Below are positions 27,446-35,746 of a stretch of DNA of 64,000 nucleotides, piece after piece (the first letter of the stretch is position 1; each line of letters begins with the position of its first letter). The stretch covers positions 6,511 through 70,510 of the forward strand of contig CAZAAJ010000002.1 in assembly GCA_964483135.1 (NCBI GenBank). The letters are read 5' to 3'. The notes beneath the pieces were generated by a model. The model did no database searches. It saw only the letters and a program-made list of their open reading frames with translations, and was not told where the DNA came from. Source of the stretch: an uncultured Anaerolinea sp. GTDB taxonomy: Bacteria > Chloroflexota > Anaerolineae > Anaerolineales > Anaerolineaceae. Made by a program: the position numbers and the translations under genes.

Positions 27446-28248
27446 TAAAAGAGGCTTTCGTAATCCACTTTTGGGAAAATTGTAAGCTTGCCGCCGACTG
27501 TGGCATCGAGGATTTCGCGGCCGTCACGTGCGTAAGCTTCGCGCGCCATTGCATAACCGATCTCATTTCCCTTAAGGTCTGCAAGTTGCCAGCGGAAACC
27601 CTTGCCGAAATACCCCGGATGAAAATGATTGGGGTCATCGCCGGTCGACGTAACCGTTGTATTGGGTGTTCCAGTGGTGGTGTAAAAATGATCTACACCA
27701 ATTAGGACCACCTGTCTAAACCCCATATAAAATGCGAGCTGCATGGCGACAAATGTAACCGTAGAACCTTCCCATAACCGGCCAGTCGCATTTCCTGAAA
27801 ACCTCGGAAGGTCATATGATGTGTAAAGATAATGCAAATTTGGCGATGGGGTGATCCATTTCCGTCCCCGCCATGAGACGAACGTTGGGATGGTGAGCTG
27901 GCGTAAGTCCTGTGCGCACTGCTCGATCACCAAGTCATTAACGGTAAGAAGACAGGAGGTCGAAAAACCAAGTTCGGAAAATGCCATGTAAAAGCGGTTC
28001 ATCCCGATAGTGAATTCAGTTCGAAGTTTCTGCAAGTTGGTATTTTTGAGGCTCGGTCCATTGCCGATGATGAAACAACGCTCCCCTTTGTGTGTGTCCT
28101 TGAGTTGGCGTAGTTTTTTGATCGACTCCTGCCTCCAGGGGTGAAATTGCGCCTGCGGCCAGTCCAGGGCAGCTTGCAGTCTATGTTTGCCAGTTCGCAG
28201 AGAATTAACCAGCGGCTCAGGCAGGTTTTCGAGCAATTTCGATGCCAT
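27445..28248 (-). CDS. DUF115/Maf-like, CstII(GT42)-like putative nonulosonic-acid transferase
   Basis: 267 aa. The motifs CFIIGNGPSL, MNRFY, VLIGVDHFY and DDPNHFHPGYF parallel Campylobacter CstII as recalled (IIAGNGPSL, CNQFY, YLSGIDFY, catalytic-His segment). Confidence 0.65.
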   Translation of the reverse strand: MASKLLENLPEPLVNSLRTGKHRLQAALDWPQAQFHPWRQESIKKLRQLKDTHKGERCFIIGNGPSLKNTNLQKLRTEFTIGMNRFYMAFSELGFSTSCLLTVNDLVIEQCAQDLRQLTIPTFVSWRGRKWITPSPNLHYLYTSYDLPRFSGNATGRLWEGSTVTFVAMQLAFYMGFRQVVLIGVDHFYTTTGTPNTTVTSTGDDPNHFHPGYFGKGFRWQLADLKGNEIGYAMAREAYARDGREILDATVGGKLTIFPKVDYESLF

Positions 28249-28250
28249 GC

Positions 28251-29051
28251 TTACTCCGTGCTCAGGCGGGCGGTCGCACCGCCATCAACAACCAGGGCTT
28301 GCCCGGTCATGAAAGAGGATTGGCTGCCATCCGCGAGGAAAAAAATGGCGTTTGCGATCTCTTCCGGGGTGCCGATGCGTCCATTGACGGTCTTGCGGGC
28401 CAGGTTATCCAGGCGCTCACCGATAGAGCCGCCTGACAAATGTCCGCGCGCAAGACCACTTCGCAGCATAGGGGTATCCACAGCGCCCGGCAGAACAGCA
28501 TTTACGCGAATATTATTCGGAGCGAATTCAATCGCCATTGCCCGGGTGAGCGCAAGGATTCCTCCCTTGCTGGCTGCGTAGGCAGCAATATTTGCAGAAG
28601 TCTGTATCGCATGCACGGAAGAAACATTAACGATCGCTCCTCCGCCTGCCATGCACAATAATGGATGTTCAAACCTGGCTCCGATGAATACCGGTCGCAA
28701 GTTGGTGGCAATCACCTGATCCCACTCGGCTACCGTGGTTTCCACCAGGGGTTTTGAAATTTGCAGGGCTGCATTGTTAACAACAGCATTCAGAGAAGAG
28801 GTGAACAATTTGACCTTGTCAAAGATTAACGGGAATTGTTTAGCCTCTGAAATATCCGCCTGGATGAACAATCCATCCATAGGGAAGCCTTCGCCGAAAG
28901 GCTGTCGGTCAACACCAATCACCGACCACCCGCGGCTGGCAAACATCTTCACAGTAGCCCTTCCAATACCACCGGCACTGCCTGTTACCAGGACGATACG
29001 CTTGTACCCCTTAACCGCCTCTTCACCTTGTAATAATTTTTTGTTGGTCAT
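28251..29051 (-). CDS. SDR family oxidoreductase
   Basis: Start at the ATG at 29051 (MTNKK). TGSAGGIGRA Rossmann motif, NNAA, and catalytic S...YAASK. The track ORF start at 29114 lies inside the upstream gene. Confidence 0.88.
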   Translation of the reverse strand: MTNKKLLQGEEAVKGYKRIVLVTGSAGGIGRATVKMFASRGWSVIGVDRQPFGEGFPMDGLFIQADISEAKQFPLIFDKVKLFTSSLNAVVNNAALQISKPLVETTVAEWDQVIATNLRPVFIGARFEHPLLCMAGGGAIVNVSSVHAIQTSANIAAYAASKGGILALTRAMAIEFAPNNIRVNAVLPGAVDTPMLRSGLARGHLSGGSIGERLDNLARKTVNGRIGTPEEIANAIFFLADGSQSSFMTGQALVVDGGATARLSTE

Positions 29052-30000
29052 ATAAATCCTCGTGGTCAATTTCCAATCCAATGAGCAAATTACGGATCGT
29101 ATTCCAATGCACATTTTCCCAGGCAGCCGGGCTTGAGTTGGAGTTATGCGGCGCCAGCATCACATTTTTCATTTTAAGCAAAGGTGACCTTTGTGGTAAT
29201 GGTTCATGTTCAAAAACATCGAGTGCTGCGCCGGCGATCACATTATTTGCTAAAGCAGTTATCAGCGCTGTTTCATCAACGATCGGTCCCCGCGCAGTAT
29301 TCACCAGGATTGCGGTATGTTTCATCTTTCCCAGTGTTTCTTCGTTGATAAGGTGCAATGAACCCGGGTTGAGATCGCAATTAACGCTAACGAAATCAGC
29401 TTCCTTCAGCAGAGTGGCAAGATCAACGGAGGTCACATTGTTCTCCAGCAAAAAATCACGCGGGATGGGCAGGATATCATTTCCCAACAGGCGCATGCCA
29501 AAACCACGTGCACGCCGCAGAACCGCCTTGCCTATGTTGCCAACTCCGATCACTCCAAGCGTACACTCCGAGAGGGAGCGGCCAGGGATCTTTTGCCAGA
29601 CACCAGATTTTACCGCAGAATCCATCCACGGCTGCTGGCGTGCGAATGCCAGGATATAGCCCATCACGCTGTCGGCTACCGGCAGGGTGAACGCGTTAAG
29701 AGTGTTGAGCAATTTGACCGAATAGGTTGCGCAGGCTTCCTTGTCGATAGAATCGATGCCCGTACCCCATTTGGCGATCACCTTCAAGCGCGGAATACAA
29801 GCCTCAATCACCTTGCGGGTATATCGGTCATCCCCGCAGATTGTCCCATCAAACTTCCCGGCGTAGGTTAACAGGGCATCCTCTTCCAGGCGTTCATTCA
29901 CATGGGGGAGGATAAGGTTGATCCCGTAGTGCTTGAAAACAGGAGCGAATCTTTCCATGAAAGGGAGCATATAAGGGGCAGTCAATAACACGTCATACAT
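29023..30000 (-). CDS. D-isomer-specific 2-hydroxyacid dehydrogenase (glycerate/phosphoglycerate dehydrogenase-like)
   Basis: NAD motif GVIGVGNIGKAV, catalytic region NTARG...D and a His in APHNS. The ATG at 30000 has AAGAGG 5 nt upstream; the track start at 30030 is also possible. Confidence 0.88.
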   Translation of the reverse strand: MYDVLLTAPYMLPFMERFAPVFKHYGINLILPHVNERLEEDALLTYAGKFDGTICGDDRYTRKVIEACIPRLKVIAKWGTGIDSIDKEACATYSVKLLNTLNAFTLPVADSVMGYILAFARQQPWMDSAVKSGVWQKIPGRSLSECTLGVIGVGNIGKAVLRRARGFGMRLLGNDILPIPRDFLLENNVTSVDLATLLKEADFVSVNCDLNPGSLHLINEETLGKMKHTAILVNTARGPIVDETALITALANNVIAGAALDVFEHEPLPQRSPLLKMKNVMLAPHNSNSSPAAWENVHWNTIRNLLIGLEIDHEDLYDQQKIITR

Positions 30001-30064
30001 TTTTACCTCTTGCACCGAACTCTTCTCCAATCATCATATCATTCACCCTTCAATTCACAAACAC

Positions 30065-32161
30065 CTATTCCTTGATGACATATTTATACAAAATAAACTG
30101 CTCCGGACTATCGATCCGTTCAACTTCCTGCAGCCTGTTCACAAAGATCGCGTTATATGGGTCTGAGATTGTTAGAGTATATTCCTTTCCAAAGACATAA
30201 TCGAGCGGCAGGGCATCCAGCCATTTTTGCCCGTTTCCTGTTTTTATTGCCTGAAAATAATCAGCACTGTTGATCAATCCATCGAGGTTGACCACCGTGC
30301 GGTTTTGGATGAAATAGGCGGTACTTCCCCCTCCTGTCATGCCAATAAGCGACGCCTCTTCAGTAAGTGCCTCAAGTTGGGTAACTTCCGACAGGTAATC
30401 ATCCTGGTTTTCCAAAGACACCTCTTGTGGCGCCAGGTTGACGATGTAACGGATATGGAGAGTCGAAATATAGACGAACAATCCCATAAAAACAATCAGT
30501 GAGATTATTGACCGAACGCGTCCCTTTTTCATCCAAATGGTGAATCCTTCAAGCAGCACCGACCCCAACAACACCATCGAGAGCATCTGGGCAATCCAGT
30601 ACCAGGCCCGGGTATGTTGGTACCCAACTGTTGTATAGTACATGAACTGCAGAGTGGCTCCCAGCATCAGAGCCGGGATAAAAAGCGAAAACGATTTCCT
30701 GGCAAGATTGCCGTGCTTGTAATTCATTAGCATCAACACCAGGATGCTGACCACGGTAAACGAAATGCCAAATATTGACGCTGATGCGCGGGGGTTTGCC
30801 ATCTTAAACCAGCGGGTGAGTGTGTCGGCAAAAGTAAAAAACTGGTTGGTCACGAGCGACCACGCCCCGTAGTTGCCATCCGGGTACAACCCCAGCACTG
30901 TCAACAGGGTAACCTTATGTCCATAAATGGTATTTGGAAGGGTACTCCACCAGGTCTTGATCTGCCCGCTGACGGGAGTGAAGGTACCAAAAAACACCTT
31001 GTTGAGGATCATGTACGTACTGATCAACACTGCAATCGGAAGTCCAATCAAAAAACCTTCGGCAATAATGCGGCGCCAATTCAGTGTCATCCATTCAGTT
31101 AAAGCCGCCTGTGGGGATTTTTGGTTTTCATCAATTTTTTTACGCGCAACCAGATGATGGATGAAGACCAACCCGAAACTTAACAGGGCATCGATGAGGA
31201 GTATCGATTTTGACACGGTTGGAACCACTTTCAAATGGTTTAAAAGCAACAGGAACCCAAATTCGACCACCAGGGCAGCAACGGAAGCAACCACCAAACG
31301 CAGAAGCAAACCGGTAATTCTTTTACCCGAAGCAGAACTGTAAAGGCTAAGGAAGTAATACGCGATGGGTTTAACCAGCAAGCCAGCCGCGACCATGGGA
31401 TAGATAGACCTGGATTCGATCTCATACGCCGGCAAACCGAGCCGGATGAGCCAGACGATAAACCCGGAAAAAGCGATCAACACCAGGTCAATAAAAACCA
31501 CCAGCTTGATCTGCTTCACACGAAGGAGTACAAATACAATGACCACAAGCACCACGAACAGGTTGTCCAGGCGCGAAAGTATGGTCATTGCTCCCAGCAA
31601 GCCAAGGAAAACAAACTGCGTCCATTTCAGGTGTTTAAGACCTGCGGATGCCAGGATCGTTGCGGTCTTGAATAGAAACAAAACCATAAAGAAAGCGCTT
31701 ATTGCCGCTTCCATGCCATGCACGATCGTATTTGAATACACTGCCGGCAGCAGGATCCAGGTTAATGCACCGATGAAGGCTGGCCAGGTTTTCAGCGCTA
31801 TCTTAAACAATTTGAAAAGAAAAACCCCAGTGAGCCCATTGAAAAGTGCACTTACCAGCACAAGCACTCGCAAGGGGAGGATCAGGTTAAACCGTGAAAG
31901 CCAAAAAACGCCGAGGCAGACCCCCATCCACAGCGGATGAAACCCATTGGTCAGGTGGATCTGGTCAAAGGTGAACCCATGTCCGCTGAGGACATTTTGC
32001 GCAACCTTGTAGTAATAGAAGGCATCATCAATGTTGTACCAGCGCATCAGGCTGTTGGCTGGTGCAAGGGAAACATAAACACCCCCGGCAAGCCCGGCCA
32101 GAAGCAGGAACCACTCAATCAATCCAATGGAATGCTTTTTGGTCCAGCTAAACATTTCCAT
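30065..32161 (-). CDS. Large polytopic membrane protein with C-terminal soluble domain (GT-C-like glycosyltransferase or polymerase, family unknown)
   Basis: 698 aa, at least 14 hydrophobic segments, then a hydrophilic C-terminus of about 130 aa. Overlaps the upstream cytidylyltransferase stop by 14 nt. Confidence 0.6.
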   Translation of the reverse strand: MEMFSWTKKHSIGLIEWFLLLAGLAGGVYVSLAPANSLMRWYNIDDAFYYYKVAQNVLSGHGFTFDQIHLTNGFHPLWMGVCLGVFWLSRFNLILPLRVLVLVSALFNGLTGVFLFKLFKIALKTWPAFIGALTWILLPAVYSNTIVHGMEAAISAFFMVLFLFKTATILASAGLKHLKWTQFVFLGLLGAMTILSRLDNLFVVLVVIVFVLLRVKQIKLVVFIDLVLIAFSGFIVWLIRLGLPAYEIESRSIYPMVAAGLLVKPIAYYFLSLYSSASGKRITGLLLRLVVASVAALVVEFGFLLLLNHLKVVPTVSKSILLIDALLSFGLVFIHHLVARKKIDENQKSPQAALTEWMTLNWRRIIAEGFLIGLPIAVLISTYMILNKVFFGTFTPVSGQIKTWWSTLPNTIYGHKVTLLTVLGLYPDGNYGAWSLVTNQFFTFADTLTRWFKMANPRASASIFGISFTVVSILVLMLMNYKHGNLARKSFSLFIPALMLGATLQFMYYTTVGYQHTRAWYWIAQMLSMVLLGSVLLEGFTIWMKKGRVRSIISLIVFMGLFVYISTLHIRYIVNLAPQEVSLENQDDYLSEVTQLEALTEEASLIGMTGGGSTAYFIQNRTVVNLDGLINSADYFQAIKTGNGQKWLDALPLDYVFGKEYTLTISDPYNAIFVNRLQEVERIDSPEQFILYKYVIKE

Positions 32162-32825
32162 ACTCCGGTTTCGCTTTGAGCATCAGCTCGACCATTTTGA
32201 AATCGACCTCTTCATCAATATCCCACGATTCTTCGGGGGCAGTCTCAAACAGGATAGGCGACGTGCCGATGCGCGTTCCATTCTTTTTCAGACTTTCTGC
32301 TGAAAAAAGGTAAATACAGGAATTTTCCTCATACACGGGCAGCAGGTCCTGGGTTTGCAGCAGAACCCTCGGGTCGTGGTTGATGGCTTTCCCCCGCGCA
32401 TCATAAAGGCGCGTTTGCAGCCTGGTAACCGAGAATAATGAATCTTTTGCCGGCATGGCGCTTAACAGGGAGTGAATAGCCCTGGAGATGGTTTTCGAGG
32501 TCAGCAGCGGATTGGTGGAATGCGTCTGCAGATATAGATCGCCCGGAACTTGTGAAATGTCATAAAGGAGGATCTGATTCATTGGGATGTTATCGGCCTT
32601 CAACGCGTCAGGACGCGGGATTACGATAACACCCGGGAACGAACGATGAAGGCCATCGATTATCTCTTCGCTGTCGGTATCCACTGCGATGCGGGTGACT
32701 TCGGGGCAATGCTGCAAAGTAAGCAGGATGTGCTGGTAAAGGGGTTTCCCATCCAGCAGGCGGTAATTCTTGCCGGGTACCCGTTGTGAATGGTGGCGCA
32801 TGGGGATGAGTGCAGTAATTTGCAT
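32148..32825 (-). CDS. Acylneuraminate cytidylyltransferase family protein (CMP-ulosonic acid synthetase paralogue 1)
   Basis: 225 aa. The N-terminal ALIPMRHHSQRVPGKNYRLLDGKPL matches the CTP_transf_3 P-loop-like motif (IPAR..S.R.P.KN). AAGAGG RBS upstream. Confidence 0.8.
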   Translation of the reverse strand: MQITALIPMRHHSQRVPGKNYRLLDGKPLYQHILLTLQHCPEVTRIAVDTDSEEIIDGLHRSFPGVIVIPRPDALKADNIPMNQILLYDISQVPGDLYLQTHSTNPLLTSKTISRAIHSLLSAMPAKDSLFSVTRLQTRLYDARGKAINHDPRVLLQTQDLLPVYEENSCIYLFSAESLKKNGTRIGTSPILFETAPEESWDIDEEVDFKMVELMLKAKPEYGNV

Positions 32826-32846
32826 GGTAGACCTCTTTCGAACAGG

Positions 32847-33131
32847 CTAACCGCCTGTGATGACCGACATCAGGTGGATACACTCGCCTTCATGTGGAGA
32901 TTCGTCCATCAGCATGACTGGATTTTCCAGGTTGCCATCAATTACAAACATGACAGAACTGAGGAATTCATCGCCGCCAGGAGTTATCAGGATATTCACC
33001 ATGGCAGGATAACGCAAAGCTAATTCCTTAACGATTTGACGATAACGCGTTCCCTCCGGAAGCGACAGGGTGAGTTCATCTATTTCAGCAAGCTCCTTCG
33101 CAATCCCTGAGAACTCGACCTTAACCTTCAC
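32847..33131 (-). CDS. MoaD/ThiS-family ubiquitin-like (beta-grasp) protein with C-terminal Gly-Gly
   Basis: 94 aa. GTG start with GGAGG 7 nt upstream. MKVKVEFSGIAKEL...EGECIHLMSVITGG then stop. The overall pattern is collinear with MoaD (N-terminal beta-strand, C-terminal ..PPVTGG-like tail). Confidence 0.75.
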   Translation of the reverse strand: MKVKVEFSGIAKELAEIDELTLSLPEGTRYRQIVKELALRYPAMVNILITPGGDEFLSSVMFVIDGNLENPVMLMDESPHEGECIHLMSVITGG

Positions 33132-33172
33132 CTGTTAACCTCCACCGATTGATACCTGTGGATTACTGAGAT

Positions 33173-34129
33173 TCAATCTTTTATTTTACTATACTGGATC
33201 GGCTCAACCGGACGGTTGCTCTTGCTGTGACCGCTTTCAGCAGTCCGTGGATAATAGAATGTCTGCCGCAGCCCCCAGGTGAGCTGCCCGGGTTGGCGGT
33301 ATCCGCAGTAAGTTCCATAGAATTGTGCCCACCGGAAGCGAATAACCGGGAAGAAGTTGCGCCAAAAAACACCCTGTCTCCTGGCAGATTTCAAATCATC
33401 CACCGAGTTGTGATAAAAGAGACGCACCAGGTCTGCCCTGCCAAAGCGTTCCTGGGGGAAGATCCGCTTAAAAGCCATCCCTTCACGAAGGTAACGGTTA
33501 AAAATTCTTTTTGGCTTTTCGTGGTGCACATGGATAATCTCAGCTTCGGCGACATAGGAGATCCCAAAGCCTGTGCTGTGGAGCCATTTTGCCCATTCTA
33601 GGTCTTCCAACCCCGGCAGGGTTTCATCATAGGGGTGCAGCTCCCACAATTTTCGCCGAATGGCGGCATTGGCATTATTGCAGAAAGGATATTCCTGTAA
33701 CGGTTCAGAATCATCAGGGTACCAGTGTTTGAAAATCTGCTGTTCGGAAAAATGAGAATGGCTGGTACCGCGCTGTTTGCCATATGTTAACCCTATCTTT
33801 TCATCAGCAAACGGTGCCAATAACTGGTCAAGCCAATCCGGGTAGACCGGGTAAACATGCGCACTGGCCATCACTACCAGGTTAGCACCTGCTGCAGCAA
33901 TTCCCTTATTCAATGAACGTCCAAAAGTAAACTTTTCAGGAGAGATGTGGACGACGTCTACGGCGAATTCACTGGCTGCCGCGACTGTACCATCAGTCGA
34001 ACCGGAATCCACCAGGATCACCTGTACATTTTTGAGCGACTGTTCAAAGATTCCCAGCAGCAGCCGGCGAATGTGAGATTCCTCGTTGTAAGCGCGGATG
34101 ATTATCGAACAGTCAGGTTTAGCTGTCAT
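33173..34129 (-). CDS. Glycosyltransferase family 2
   Basis: 318 aa, with CSIIIRAYNEESHIRRLLLGIFEQSLKNVQVILVDSGSTDGT and a later ED acidic motif (GLEDLEW). GT-A fold. Confidence 0.85.
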   Translation of the reverse strand: MTAKPDCSIIIRAYNEESHIRRLLLGIFEQSLKNVQVILVDSGSTDGTVAAASEFAVDVVHISPEKFTFGRSLNKGIAAAGANLVVMASAHVYPVYPDWLDQLLAPFADEKIGLTYGKQRGTSHSHFSEQQIFKHWYPDDSEPLQEYPFCNNANAAIRRKLWELHPYDETLPGLEDLEWAKWLHSTGFGISYVAEAEIIHVHHEKPKRIFNRYLREGMAFKRIFPQERFGRADLVRLFYHNSVDDLKSARRQGVFWRNFFPVIRFRWAQFYGTYCGYRQPGQLTWGLRQTFYYPRTAESGHSKSNRPVEPIQYSKIKD

Positions 34130-35742
34130 GGCTTAAGTTCAAATGGCGTTTGATGGCTGATACCATCCAAAATCACCTGCATAGTTTCAGAGTTGTCAGA
34201 AGACAGGTCTGGGCACGTTACGTTCTTTTTTAGTGTTACATACCCCTTCCAGTACAGATCTGTATCCAGGAATTGGTCGAAAGGAAGCGAGAACATGAAC
34301 AATTGCTTATATAAGAATCTTCTTGCATTCCGGGTGAATTCAGGAGGTACCGGCTGTGCATCCGCAAGCAAAAGGGAATCCAACTTCTTTTTGTAATCAG
34401 CCTGGGAGAACGGGTGAATCGTGATGGGGATCTGGGTGTAGCGTGCCTTTGCCGCAGTAAGCACATTTTTTCCCAACAGGATCGCTTCCAGACCAATGGT
34501 GGAGTTATAGACCATCACAAAATGGGAGCGCTGGATAAGCTCATACGAACTGACCATTTCATCCGTATCGATGAAGACCACGTTTGTAAGTAAGTCGATT
34601 GAAGATTGCTCCACCCAATTAGCCACGCTTTCGCGGCTTTCTTTACCTTTTCGACCCTCATCCGGGTGCGCCCGCAAGATAAAGAGAATCTCTGGATGTT
34701 CCCTGGCTGCCTGGTGAACAACGTTCAGCCAGTCAAACATGGTCGGGAAAATAGTGTTGGCGTGTACCTGGCTGGTATCGAAAATGACATTGGTAAAGAC
34801 CGGAATGATTTTCTTATAACTCGTCATTTTTTGCATGAGGGTTTCATCAAGCTGTTCGATCTGCGGCCAGAACTTGATGCCAGCCATAGTGAAATTGCCT
34901 TTGAACCGTTTGCCCATGTAATCATCCAGCCGGTTATTCATCGCATCATTAAGTTCGAAATCAGCAGGAATCTCCAGCGGATAAGCGGTGGCTTCACCAT
35001 CAGTGAAGAAAGCTGTTAATGGTTGAATCCCCACCTCATGGGTGATCACACGTACTTTTTTATCCAGGCAAGCCTGGCGTGCGGCAGCTTCGGGGTAGAA
35101 CATGCCATTGAAGACCACCACCGCCTGCGGATTCAACCTGTCGATCATTGTAGAAAACTGTTGATAGACATTCCATGCAGAGAGAATGAAGGCACGCATG
35201 AAGGTCAGGGTTGGCTCATCCTCAACCAGGTTATGGCGTCGCAGAACCCATCGCAGCGAGTTCACCGCCCAAAATCCGAGTGGTAAATCGTCTTTTGTAA
35301 AGCCAATTAATCCATCAAGAGTCAGGGGCTGTAACCCGGTTTTTAATTCAGGGTATTTCCGCTGTACCAGCCAGGTGACTGGAGCGCCCGTAAATACCTG
35401 GCGGCTTTGCCGGATACACACGTCACATGGAGGGGATTGATAGACATCATCGCGATTACTGCCCAGGATGCAGCGCTCCATGCCGGCATTGCAAATGAAA
35501 TAATTCACCGGAACACCATTTGCCCGCAGGCCAAGGCTAGCCAGCAGCGAATAGGCTGCGTTCTGGCTCATACTCTGCAGCCGGGTGGAAGCGTTAAAGA
35601 AGATAACCGGTCGAAAGTCCTCCGCTGGTGTTGGCAGAGAACTGGTTTGACGGACCAACCCATTCCAGCGCTGGTTGCTGGAATAATGCGACCAACGCTG
35701 ACCAATGGCGTTCTTGATTTTTACCGGTGAGTAACCTGTCAA
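34126..35742 (-). CDS. GT-B-like protein, capsule-biosynthesis (KpsC/KpsS, Capsule_synth)-like; N-terminal Cys cluster
   Basis: 538 aa. It shares the motifs LRAHPDEG and VYNSTIGLEAILLGKNVL with 53348..54997 and 43517..44944. It has an extra CNAGMERC...CDVC four-Cys cluster. Family assignment is from memory. Confidence 0.45.
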   Translation of the reverse strand: MTGYSPVKIKNAIGQRWSHYSSNQRWNGLVRQTSSLPTPAEDFRPVIFFNASTRLQSMSQNAAYSLLASLGLRANGVPVNYFICNAGMERCILGSNRDDVYQSPPCDVCIRQSRQVFTGAPVTWLVQRKYPELKTGLQPLTLDGLIGFTKDDLPLGFWAVNSLRWVLRRHNLVEDEPTLTFMRAFILSAWNVYQQFSTMIDRLNPQAVVVFNGMFYPEAAARQACLDKKVRVITHEVGIQPLTAFFTDGEATAYPLEIPADFELNDAMNNRLDDYMGKRFKGNFTMAGIKFWPQIEQLDETLMQKMTSYKKIIPVFTNVIFDTSQVHANTIFPTMFDWLNVVHQAAREHPEILFILRAHPDEGRKGKESRESVANWVEQSSIDLLTNVVFIDTDEMVSSYELIQRSHFVMVYNSTIGLEAILLGKNVLTAAKARYTQIPITIHPFSQADYKKKLDSLLLADAQPVPPEFTRNARRFLYKQLFMFSLPFDQFLDTDLYWKGYVTLKKNVTCPDLSSDNSETMQVILDGISHQTPFELKP

Positions 35743-35746
35743 TTGT

